A DNA stretch of 58,627 nucleotides, the filler included, from Trypethelium eluteriae (Eukaryota): the NCBI GenBank assembly GCA_051942245.1. It is 4 parts of 4 records of this genome, joined end to end, with 100 filler letters (N's around TTAATTAATTAA, not from the genome) between each part and the next. Parts side by side here need not be neighbours in the genome. Positions count along the whole stretch, not along the records: positions 1 to 14,615 come from JAVECL010000681.1; 3 more parts are not named here. One strand, written 5' to 3'. Shown here piece by piece: positions 1 through 11,536 of this stretch (positions are counted from its first letter, which is position 1; the number at the start of each line of letters is the position of its first letter). The notes under the pieces were generated by a model. It saw only the letters and a program-made list of their open reading frames with translations, was not told the DNA's origin and ran no database searches. The position numbers were made by a program, and so were the translations under genes.

Positions 1-261
1 GCGAGGGGTGGGAGTGTGCCTGTGGAGTGAATTAGGTTCGTAGGAGAGGGAATGTGAATGTGCGTGGGCATTGATGGTGCCGGCGTTCTGTTGTGGACAA
101 TGGGAGCATGGTGCTACTTTCGGGAAGTAGAAGTCTTGTATTTGACACACGGGCTTGACATAGGTGCAAGAGGTATGCTTCGGTGGCACATGATACCTGG
201 ATAGCGAGGTAGGCTGCTTGGCTAGGTGGATGTAGATACACAGAATACAGATGCTTGAGCT

Positions 262-471
262 TTACTGGCTTAGACGTGTAAACAGTGCAGAACACTCGTG
301 GCAATCCTCAATAAGTTGTACATGTATCTTATTTGTCTGTAAAATATGGTTAATTAGGACCGAATAATGCTTTCCAATTCTCAATACTGTCTGAATTTGT
401 AACTCAGTGGGCAAGTCGCTCAGGCTTTGAGGTAGCCTACGGTAATTTAGAGGCTTTTTAGTTTGGAACAT
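262..471 (-). pseudogene. Possible decayed F-box-containing gene fragment
   Basis: Short ORF contains SLSDLPTELQIQ, resembling the F-box L-x-x-L-P-x-E-[IL] start. The frame stops after 69 aa and no clear continuation is visible. Confidence 0.25.
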
Positions 472-546
472 GATTTCTTTTCTTTCCTTTCTAAAAGTCG
501 TACAGAGTTCGAAGTCAATCTATATTGTCAAAAACTACTAATCATA

Positions 547-3500
547 TTAGTGCACAGCAGGAGTCTTGTTCTGGGCTTCCCTCGAATCAAGTTCTCCTGA
601 GCGCTCATAAAAGTAGAATCCAGCTCCTTGCAAAACAAATGGTGCCCATGAGTACGGGTCTGACTTTGCCCTTTTGACTGTAATAGTCGCTTCCCTAAAT
701 GCTTGTGCAAGATTGAGTACATTACACAATTGATTTCTCTCGTTCTTTGCCTCGTATTTGCCCTGCTCTTCCAGGTTTTTGTAGAAAGCTTCCGAGAACA
801 TCCTTCCGGTGGAACTACGAATAGGCCAGAGTGTTCCAATGACCGAAGACGCTCCAGCACAGAAAAGCGCAGATACTAGACCCAGAGGTTCGTCTCCGGC
901 AGCGAAATCTTGCACGCCAGAATCGCAAGCGATGCTGCAAACAACAGGGTGAGTCTTCGACAGGTCCATAGCAAAGATGTCGGCGATGGTTAGGCGTGAA
1001 GTTCCGTCGAGCAGATGGTTCGAAAGGAGAGCTTCACGTTCAGTAAGCGGAGCCTCGAAAGGCATTGCTTCATTAAGCTGGGCACGAGTCTCTTCAACGA
1101 TGCTTCGATGGTCGCGTGACTGGATCTTCTTCTCCTCTTCTTTCAAGCTGCCGAGAACGAGACACTGATTCAACATTTCCGTTTTTGCATAGTAAGCATG
1201 GCCATGGTAGTGTATCCACGGCGCGGCGTCAAGAGCGTCATGCATCGATTTGACTGTGAGTTGATCACCCAAGAGGGAAGTGCTTCGAAAGACACTCGCG
1301 GTCTCCTTGAGATGTGAGAATATCCGGTCTTGCTCCGCTTCATAGCCAGCTTCCCCATATGCGGAAGTGAAAACAGCATCTTGGAGTGGGTGGCCATCAT
1401 TGACAAGTACGGGCTGTCGTGCTCGTTTCAGACATTGTCGATATAAATTGAGACCTGCGGAGTATATGACGGGGTTACGTTCTATCAACACTTCCCCATC
1501 GAAAGGTATGCCGTGGACTGGTATGCCCGCCAATGCTCCCGGTACATTGAGAATAAGCAGGTCATCAGGCTTACAGATTCCTTCCAGCCCAAAGAAAAGG
1601 TTGCGGAGAGCGTGCAACGCCTTCAACTTATTTTCAAGTGGAGCAACGCTTCCATTCGGGAATCGGAGGTATCTTGTTACCCAGAAGCTGATTTGCTGAG
1701 GTGTGATGCTGAGACGCCAATAACGCGGAGTCAGATGCCTTTCCTTGTAGTTGACAGCCACTCGCCAGATTTTGTTCATTGTGTCGATGAACCAGTCAAC
1801 AAGGACAATGTTCGAGTCCTTTGGAAGATACTCAGCGAGCGCCCATACGTCATGCAGGTTGTCGTACTCCACTTGTTCTACGTCCTCGGGGCCATCAAGT
1901 ATCTGCTGTAAAGCAGGATGTTTTCTCATTTGCTCACGATGCTGATCAAGTTTCCGTCTATTTTCGAAATAAAGTGCAGGACCGGCTTCTGCCATGCTCT
2001 TGACGAGCTGCTCTTCTTCGGAGAGATACCGTGAGATATTGCTGTCACCGTTCAATGTCATGAAGATTCTTTTAACGGCAGTATTTCGATCTCTGAGCAT
2101 ATCTTGAAGGGCCTGAGCCCTACCACGCTGGATCCAAGACCATGCTAGAGTTTCTTTCTTGCTCTTCAAGAAGAATTCTCCTGCGTACTGACATACCCTC
2201 GAAAAGGTGAACTTACCTCCAACGCTTCGCCTCCGAATCCACTGTTGAAGACCGACATCTGACTCTAGGTTGCGGCGTACCCTGCGGCATAGCGATTGTG
2301 CTGTATCAAAATAGTCGACCATACTCTCAATATACTCATCTTTCCGTTCTGGCCATAACTTTATGCTGTCGAGTGTTGTCCACATGAGTAAGGGAGCACG
2401 GAGCAAGAATATTTCCGCAGAATTATTGAATTTAAGAACCTTAAGATCTGACATGATGAAATCGTACTGAATTGTTCGAATTTGCTTCCGCATCTCTTCT
2501 GGCAGTGGAGGCTTGAAAAGCGCCGCACTTTGGAGCGCAAGAGCCACTGCAGTGGACATGACGCTGACCATTGAAAGCGAGAGACTTTTGTTGTTCATGA
2601 CTTCCTTTTGCATATCGGCAGCATATCTGAGCATATCCAAGAAGCGGTTCTGGCCAAGCATCAGCATCATCGGAGCGAGGCGGATACGCGTTTGAGTATT
2701 TTCATCAGGTTTCGACTTTGTGTATGTCGAATTAATGTGATTTTGCCATTTCTCCTCATATTCCTTGACTTGCAAATCGTTGCATAGGTACGTCAGCACC
2801 GATGCAAGCAGATCGGCCTTCTCAGAATGTCCACCCGATCTGCTAGCTTTTCTATCCAGTTCAATCCAGGTCTCCAGGAAGACAACGATGTTTTCCATCT
2901 CGCGACGTAAAGCTGCTCTTTCAACTTGATCAGAAGAGTATCGAAGAGCCGCAATACGAGCACTGGCAATAGAAACTTGTGACCTTGCTAGGCGCCATGC
3001 TGCCTCGGTTCTTCTGAGCTCGTTTCTAAGGCACAGCGGAGAATCGTAGTCTTGCTGAGCATAAGTCAGAGCAGTTTTATGATCTTCAAGCATACTGTTA
3101 CTTCTCCACGCGCCTTTGCACGCACCGACAAAGAAGTCTGGTGTCAGCTCAGGTCCGCCACAAGATAGAGTTGCATGGAAAAAGATACGTGCTTCATCTG
3201 CATAATCAATCATATCGCCGCATTCGATGAAGTATAAATACTCAATGACTCGAGCGCTGTAATGATTCTCATATGATCTTAGAAGGGCTAGTCCAGGATC
3301 CATGAGCATTTTGAGATAAGGCCATAGTTCGGGGAACTTCTTAGTGAAGAAGATAGCTTCTCTCAAACAATTGTGCAAAACATTCCCCTGATCACCCTGT
3401 AACTGCTGCGCCTGGATGGAAAAGAGTTGCTCCAACCGGCGACGAGCAGCATCCGCAACAGAACGCCGAGTTTTGGCGTCGTTGCTCTTATCCTTCAAAC

Positions 3501-4676
3501 TCAGAGCTCCGGTCATCCCGTCGATCTGCTCAAGGACTGAATCACTACTAACCGGAGGTGCTTTATCGATCGAATGTTGGCCACTTTTTTCTTCTGCGGC
3601 GGATGAAACCTTCGAGAGAAATTGCCACTTTGACATAGCTGAATCCGTTAGATGGTTGACGCAATGTTCCTGTTCGAATAGCCTGGATGATTGCTCAGAA
3701 CAATGTAGGGCGGCTTCATTGTCCGCTTCTGCATGAAAGGCAATGAGCTGTCCAAGGACTGAGGCTCGAATCAGGGACAGCTTCTTGTCAGTCAGAGTCT
3801 CGAGATACCCTTGCCAAAACGTCATGGTCTCAACCGGGCTCGAAACAAAGGTATTGGGACTGGGAAGACTCTCGAAGATGACATATGCCTCGAGCAGTCG
3901 GCGATTTCTTGCCCGAAGGAACTTTATGAGAGATGGGATCCGAGCACGCAAGCGAGTCTTTATGGCTTCCGGTAACGGAAAACCAGCAAAGTGTGCCCGA
4001 TGGTAGACTTGAGTCGCTAAATTCTCTATAATGACCTTTCACCACTCAGGGCATAGCAATCAGAAATTAAGCCGGACTACTTACCCGGCTATCAGGAAAA
4101 GGAGTTTCCAAGTCATCGTAAGCTTCGGGGTCGTCAAGCTTCCAAAGTGAGCGCTGTTTGAGAATGATATTGGCTCTGTCCCGAGACTCTTGTGAACTGA
4201 AGTCAGCTTCAAAGTCCCCTATCCCACGTTATTCTCTGACCAAGAACTGCAATAAAACGAATGGAGTACTGACATTCGCGGAACATGTAGATCTGTTCGA
4301 CCTCTTGTGAAAGATTGAGCGCTTCTTCGATCTTAAAATTTGAGGCCGACTCTACTTCTGCGGACAACAGCGCAAGAACAGCAACCTCTTCACGTAGCAG
4401 AGCGTGCTCTTCGCTGAGCAGCTCTTCAATTCTGACTTTCTGCAGGAGCTCCTTAGCACCACTGTAATTTCCATGTTGAAGATGAAGAAGGATTGCACAT
4501 CCTGCAATCGACAGATTCCTGAGGTCATGCTCTTGTAGGGATGAGATATATGCCTTTCCCTCTTTCCACTCGGCTCGCAGGCAGAAACGCTGCAAGTGGG
4601 CAATCACATCGCGAATGTGAGGCGAAGTGATTGAAGAGTCCGGATAGTAAAGAGCAAGGTCTCCAGTGGTGTCCAT
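547..4676 (-). CDS. Large CHAT-domain (caspase HetF-associated, clan CD) cysteine protease with long helical N-terminal region, about 1330 aa, 2 introns
   Basis: The 1134-aa ORF 547-3951 has C-terminal CHAT motifs: LAGIPVHGI, WIHYHGHA (catalytic His), VVCSIACDSG (catalytic Cys), GDEPLGLVSALFCAGASSVIGTLWPI, PYSWAPFVLQG. Upstream exons from ATG 4676 join through a GTCAGT...CTGAC...CAG intron and a GTAAGT...AAG intron. Confidence 0.85.
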
Positions 4677-4900
4677 ACTGTCGCAAAAACACGATCGAAG
4701 AGTTCAGTCTGCTGCTCGCTGAATAAATGGGGGTGTGGATGGGGCAAGCGGAGCCTGCTGTGTATGGCTGGCGAGATGAAGCTAGGTAATATTCATGGCT
4801 GCGCTACAGCAGAAAAGGCAAGCTGGAGCTGAAGCGACACCTCCAAAGGCTTCCAAACCGTCTTCGTTGAGCTCGCTCGACGCGGAAACTCCTCTGCGCC

Positions 4901-5808
4901 ATGCTGAATGGCGATATCGAAACTGACTTTTTGGTCGATGAGGCGTCAAAAGCAACGCTTCGAATCCAACATGATGGGGCGGCAAATCGGGCGAAGATCA
5001 CGGCTCAGGAAATCAGCAGGACCAGCTTCACCGCAAGATTGACACATGTCCAGTATGGCACGTACAACGGGGACGACGCCGTGCTTCTTCGATTCAATTT
5101 CGAGTTTCGTTTCGAGAATGAAAGTATCAAGCGGCTCAAGTCAGCATCGATACGTCTCACGCTAGAAGAGACCCGAGACTCCACCCTAGTCGATCCCTCA
5201 CCGAGGAACCCCAAGAATGACCCGAAGATCGTCGTAATAGCCCCTGTACAGGTGTGTGGGGAAGTCAAAGAGGAGGTGAAGTCCAAATATTGGCTGTTGA
5301 GAATACCGGTGCAGTACAGCAATTTTGGCCTCAAGGCTGGTCCCGAGGGCGAGTTTGGTGTCGAATCAGAAGTAAACATCGATCATCGGATGTGGATTAA
5401 TGGGTACACTACAAGCGACGACTATCATCATGAGGATAACATTGTAATATGGGACATAAAAGAGAATGAGGCACAAGAGAGTGGCATCCTGCATCGTTTC
5501 CCTACCATGCTCGTCGCTGTGCTGCCAAAGGAACCCAAACTCCCGGTCAAGCTCACAGGCTTGGTTCAACCATCCATTGCGTTTAGCTTGAATCCGCTTC
5601 GACTTCGATCGAAGAGAGACGACCCCATCTACTTGGATACGAATACCCCAAAAGGGGAACCCTTCGCTCCCACTTTAGATTTTAACAGCCCGGATTTTCC
5701 GTGGCAAGATGTTGTAAATATCTTACCGGAATACACTGTACGACAATCTCTCAAGCACTTCGAAGACGTTCAAGTTGACATGAACTCTAGGACCTTCTGA
5801 ATTCTTGA
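4901..5808 (+). CDS. Beta-strand-rich hypothetical protein (about 285 aa), divergent partner of the CHAT gene; possible pore-forming-type fold
   Basis: 299-aa ORF from ATG 4901. A probable terminal intron (GTACGA about 5738 to CTAG 5790) gives the C-terminus ...PEYT-DLLNS* ending at 5808. Motifs PKIVVIAP and IVIWDIKENEAQESGI, with alternating hydrophobic/polar strands. No signal peptide. Confidence 0.7.
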
Positions 5809-6182
5809 GCAAGTGAGCAACCACGATATGAACATTGTTCCACAGCTTTGGCGCTGTCCCATCGGATCGAAAAAGAGCTTCTCTAGATCATCATAGTCTA
5901 AAGAAAGATAAACGCAAGCAATGCTGACAGTAGCACTATTCGTTATAGCCCCGAGTGTTAGCCGCGTGTATTGTAGTAGGTGAAGCTAGTCAACCGCTCC
6001 GCTCCCCGAAAGCCATAAGCTTGCCAGCAAGCCGCAGATACCGCTGATTCGTTCGTATTTGGCTGAACATCTTAACGAATGGATATATGTCTACCTACGC
6101 ATGCTAGGCTTACCATTGCTGCACGGGCACGAGCACAATTAGAAGAGACAAGAAATGATAAATCAGTATTTTTGTGCAATAT

Positions 6183-6713
6183 CTACTTAGTCCAGAAAGC
6201 ATCCATTCCAACCCTCATCAGCGGTCTCGAGCGTCCCTTAGACACATCGGTCTCGGGTTGCAAGGGCCACACACGCAGCAGCCGCTTTCCTACCCGTTTG
6301 AACTTCGCTGGATCGATACCATGCCGCCCGGCGACGCGCTCCAGCTTCACGTCTTTGCTGGGGTTGACCACTTCACGGACCGACATCCAGGTCGGAACCC
6401 CACAGCACCAAGCAGCGACGAGGTAGAAAAGCCACCGTGACGTAAGCTTTAGTACCATGTACGTATATACTAGAGCGTTCCGACGAGTCCAGAAGGTAGG
6501 AGAAGGCTCAAGGGGGAAGCCGTCGTGACGCGCTCGACTGATGCAGAAGAAGACGTCTGACTCTTCACTGAGCTTCTCCACTGCACCCTTTGCCTCTTGG
6601 AACTCTTGGAGTTCGTCGGTGAGGCGTTCACGGTGCCACGATTCCGGCGTTTCGCGCTTGAGGCCAAGCATCGTAAGCCAACAACTAAGGAATGCTTGAA
6701 TGATGGAGTCCAT
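6183..6713 (-). CDS. Small hypothetical protein with all-alpha NTP-pyrophosphohydrolase (MazG/HisE-like) acidic motif
   Basis: Intronless 176-aa ORF. WHRERLTDELQEFQEAKGAVEKLSEESDVFF resembles the E-x-x-E...E-x-x-D metal-binding pattern. Function is inferred only. Confidence 0.6.
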   Translation of the reverse strand: MDSIIQAFLSCWLTMLGLKRETPESWHRERLTDELQEFQEAKGAVEKLSEESDVFFCISRARHDGFPLEPSPTFWTRRNALVYTYMVLKLTSRWLFYLVAAWCCGVPTWMSVREVVNPSKDVKLERVAGRHGIDPAKFKRVGKRLLRVWPLQPETDVSKGRSRPLMRVGMDAFWTK

Positions 6714-9124
6714 TCTGTCTTCAGTCAGTCTCCGGACGTTTTAGAAGATATTTGTCTAAAGATGTCCAAAGAATCCGATGTTAGTTCTTACCAACTACCA
6801 GCTCTTAGTTCGCCAGAGCCACTGACGTATATATATACTGTATGGTTCAAGACGATCCGTTGCGACCGATGATCGTGACTTTGGATGAACTTCGGGAGCT
6901 CATTGATGCGTCGCGTGAATATTGATTGTTCACATATCAACAAAGGCAGTGCGCTGTTCCTCGAAACGACAAGGCATTGATGAGCACTATCGGAATCATC
7001 GCGTTTGTTGCGAATCGCGAGTCTCGCCAGGTAACCCAATTTGCAGACTTATCGATGACCTTGCACCCAATTTGTTACGGCTTGTATGCTCTTACGATCA
7101 GCACTCCAGCCCTAGAGCTCTCGTACTGAAGTCAAAATGTTTGCTGAAGCAGGCCTGGCATTGAACCCTGGGTCACAGTATCCTGAGATCGTTCTTGCGA
7201 GTTGAGATGGATTGCGTGATGAGCCCATGTCTCTATCGCAGATTTCTGCCATCCTGTCCGGTTCCCACGAGATGGTAAATGTGCAAAACCTGAGGTGGAA
7301 TATGCGGAAGTTGGAGGAGAATTGGGAGGGGTTTTTGTACCTCCAGGTACGGACTAATCTCGGGTGGGAGAACACCCGGAAAGGCACTGGACTGGGTATT
7401 TGCCACGGATTATTTGCTCAACAGAAGCAGCGGCAAAGGGCCGAACTTTCAATGGTCAGCAACGATCCGAGTGTTGGTATCTTCGCCTACGATAATTCGA
7501 CCAAGAGGAAACAAAGAAGTATACGAACTTTAGAGATTGAACGAGCTGAGAAACATTATATGTCCAGGATGATCCGATCCGACATGGTGTACGGTCTACA
7601 GCCTACTTGTTTGAGATTTCAAGCATGCGGTTTGATACAATCGATTGTCAAATACTGAGCTCAGCGCTCTTGGCTCAATATGGCTTGTCTATGTTTATGT
7701 GTTCGATGCGGAGATGATGATATGATTCATTGAACTCTAAAGACCGGCCCCACAAATCGGCTCTGCTTGACGTGGCGCAAATACAATTTATATGGACGCT
7801 GAGCAACTCTTCTATAGATAAGTCTTTTCATTCGTCAAGCTGAAAGAATTTCCACTTGGGCCGGGTACGCTGTTTGAGAGGATTGCATCACATGCGGTTT
7901 TGGTCACTTCCACTAACAATGGTTGTCACCCTTAAACAATGTGAAGCTGATCTTCGAAGATCGACAAAGCATTCTCAAGGAATCAAGGGGGTATACATCG
8001 ACCACGGATCAAGGCGTACATTGCCCTCATTAGACGGTTTCCCACTACCTCGACAAAGAGCAGATATAGGCACACTGGCTCAAACAACTTTTGCCTTGTC
8101 TGCTGCTTAAGTTTCCGTTGCTTTTGCAGCCTTTGCTGCCGTTTCCGACCCGACTACGCTGGCGTAGGCTACAGACGATTGCCTCGCCGCGCAGACGGCC
8201 GGTTCATCGCAGTGGCTAACACTGCGCACCGACTGGGCAACCTACACCAAGAATTTCCAGACTGCCAACATGGTCACGGGCATCATTTGCCACGCAGTGG
8301 AGATTCAAGCTCGGTTCGGGTTCGATTGTGCATTGTTTGTGTTATCTTTGCTTTCATGCCTGGTTGTATACCTTCAAAGACGCCTTTGAGCGAAAGGAAC
8401 GGATCCCTGGTCAATGGTGCTCGAAGAGATTTGAGCAAAGACATCAAGCTACTGTGAAGAGCTGGACCCATGCAGCAAGGTGAATCATTATTCCTCGGTT
8501 TCGGACCATTCGTGCCAATAGTGAGTGCAGACTTTCGAAGATGAGACAGTCAATTAAGAAAGTAAGCGAATGATCCTATCTCCATCCGAGATCTAGCTGA
8601 AGCCCCTTTACTCAAGTCTCCACTGGAGTTATATTGAACCAGAATGTACGTTACGATAATTAAATACCTGGCGCCTCGGATCTACAGATCTTGCCACTAT
8701 GACTGGCTGATTCCGAATGATGCTAGAGAACACCGCCTGATGTTCAAGGCTGCAGCTGAGGAAGCAGAGGAAGCACTAATTTGAACGATAAGACTGAACC
8801 TACTAAATGAAGTCCAAAGTCATATCCAAAGCAATCTGCCCTGTCAGGGCTCCATCCTTCTTACCATTCTTGGATTAGCGCTCTCCGACAGAGTCGTTCA
8901 TTGGCGCGCTCGCTTTAACGCAGGACCCGCTGTGTCACTCTTACTGCTAATGGCCTAGTCTACTAATTAGTACTTAGTAGCCCAAACTTCTATAACATGA
9001 ACACGGTCCGGGAAGTTGTGGAGGTAGAGACTCTGACAATCTTTCATTCACTTTGCTCGACTGATATTATTCTCGTCTGTCCCTCTCCCTTTTTTCCAGA
9101 TAAGTTTGTCACTCATTGTTCAAG

Positions 9125-10730
9125 ATGCCTTCCGTTCGCTTTGTATTTACACTTTTGGCATTGCAGAGCAATCTCGCGTGCTTTGCGCTACAAGTTGACT
9201 TTGGAAAACGAGCACAGGCCCCTCGAATATTTCCACGCGAGGCGGGGACCGTCGAGATTACAGCGGAGAAGAATCTTTACTACACCCTGGGTGGCAGTTA
9301 CTTTGCAAATATCACTGTAGGGGATCCTCCTCAAAGTATTCAAGTGCAGTTGGATACAGGCAGTCCCGACTTGGGTATCAACACGCCTGAAGGATGTAGA
9401 AGTATGACGTGTGTTGGAAACACCTGTAATGTGGACCAAGCCGAAACCATGACGCTATTAACTGACAAGGCCTCTAGTCGATCCTTCGAAATCTTCTTCG
9501 TACAGAGTTACGTACGCTGACTTATTCAGCATCTCCTACGTGAGCAATGACTACTTCATTGGAGACTTTGCTACGGATGATATCTCCTTCGGTGATACCA
9601 GCCTCAAGAACATGACCCTAGGCGTGTCGAACAATAGCACGGTCCCATTCAGCATCATGGGCCTTAGCCCGACCGGCATTGTATCAAATGACAGCATTGA
9701 TGCAATTAAGAACAACCTTTACACGCCACTACAGTCTCTCGTTTCATCCGGAGCTATAAACTCCAGAATGTTTAGCATTTGGCTGAACGATCTGGCGGCA
9801 GCCACTGGATCCATCTTATTTGGCGGAGTCGACGAGTCCAGATTCGATAAGGACATTGGGCTTATAGAGATCGACATGCTAAAGAATGAGACGACCAACA
9901 AATTTGAACGGTATACAATCCCAATGACGGGCATGAGCATTACGATGGAGAATCAAGCCCAGGATTTTACCCTACCGAAGTCCAATGTACCTGGCGAAGG
10001 TTCCTGGCTACCCGTAACGATCGACACGGGCTCCCCTACTCTCCTACTGCCTCAGGATATCTTTGACGCCATCAACACGCATGTTGGTGCAATTACAGAC
10101 CCGAGATTTCCCGACCGATACGGCTTACCCTGCGCACAAGCCCAAAGTCCGGCATTCACTTCCTCCTACATGAATTGGACACTTGGCGATCCGCAGAATA
10201 GCTCCATCGCTATCAATTACACTCTTAGTCTCGCCGATCTCGTCATTCCGATCTATCTAGATGGCGTTCCCGTCTCCCAGAAAGTAAATGGCACACAGAT
10301 AGACCTTTGTGCATTTGGAATCCAGCCGAAGCCGAATGAGGGGACTGTTCTGATAGGTGATCCATTCATTCGAGCAATGTATGTTGTGTTCGATCCCGAT
10401 AACGGAAAGATGGCGTTTGGCAAACCGCTCTTCAACGCAACGCAGACCAAGGCCATCGCGATGGAGAAAGGACAAGAAATCCCTGACGTTGTACAATCTG
10501 AACCGGATAAGGATGCTGCGAGCGATGTTGCGGGTGGACCATCAGGTAACGGTACGACGCATGCGACGGGAAGTAACACTTCGGCAATAGCACCAGTCCA
10601 AAGCTCCAGTAGTGGTGCTTCTACGAAGGCTTTTGCACCAGCTACATCAATCTGGATATCTGCAGTTATGTTCACTGTTGCGGCGAGTTTCGTAGGAAAC
10701 TGCTTTCACGATGCAGGAGGTGTCATCTAA
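9125..10730 (+). CDS. Secreted, probably GPI-anchored A1 aspartic protease (yapsin-like)
   Basis: Signal peptide MPSVRFVFTLLALQSNLACFA. Two catalytic DTGS motifs (VQLDTGSPD, VTIDTGSPT) and the motif IGDPFIRAMYVVFD. Intron 9426-9477 joins the two ORFs in frame. Ser/Thr-rich stalk followed by a hydrophobic C-terminus. Confidence 0.9.
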
Positions 10731-11536
10731 AGCAGGTCGCATAGCCTGCATTCTGCATCCTGCCAAGCAGTGTGGATAGTCTTGTCTTCATGCAGCCTTT
10801 GTATACTTCCTCTGCCTTGGTCCTTCTCTCTCAGTTTGCACAATCCCTATTGTATAATTATTCTTTTCAAACGAATGCAGTACTTACATCCATTTGGATG
10901 AGCTCTTTTTAATAGGCGTGGACATCAGGGTTAAGCTGACAAAACCTTAATCCCAGAACTCTCTACGTAGCTCGGAAGGCTAGAATCGCAGTCTGAGTGC
11001 GTATAGTCAGCATTGAGGTTTTAAAGCGTCCTGCGTCTGACAGCTGTGAGATATTGTTCAGACTAGGCAGAAAGATTCTCTCCATAATGAGTTGAAGCAA
11101 CCAGTCGCTGTTTGCTTTACGCAGCCATTACAGACACACAAATTGACTATTTGTCACGGATTGTTATATTCGTACTGATTAACGTCTTCTAAAGCAAGAC
11201 GCTACATCTCACCTTGTATGTGGAACCGTATGAGTCGTTGTCGTTGAGGGGTGCTTGTAAATAAGTTGTAATTCACTAAGCCTTGAGAGTCTGGGGCCTC
11301 TGGGCACACCTCGAAGCCGAGAAATGACCTGCTGTAGCGAATAATGCCGCTATACAAGCTTTGATGCGTTGCTTTGGTATTTCATAGCTCTACACTTCGA
11401 TATCATGTACATCTGGAAGTATTGCTCAAGCAAATCTGATCTTTCTGACAATATGCTGAACTGTAATTTCGCCGCCCAAGAGATGTACGCCGTTGGCGAT
11501 GCTCTTACTTGGCCAATCAATCTGGTCTTTCTCCGT

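Noticed and set aside
4901..5808. Calling the CHAT partner a gasdermin
   Set aside because: No recognisable RCD-1/HET-Q1-like N-terminal motif by eye, so it was left as an unknown beta-rich protein.
6920..7660. Possible decayed methyltransferase (CFA-synthase-like) fragment, PMSLSQISAIL...VQNLR...LEENWE
   Set aside because: Faint resemblance only; stops, no SAM-binding motif and no coherent gene model.
10930..11070. tRNA-like start (TAGCTCGGAAGGCTAGA) and intron-like signals with a short AGTCTGA/TCAGACT inverted repeat
   Set aside because: No T-arm GTTCRA or acceptor stem, the putative acceptor is not YAG, and no ncRNA could be built.
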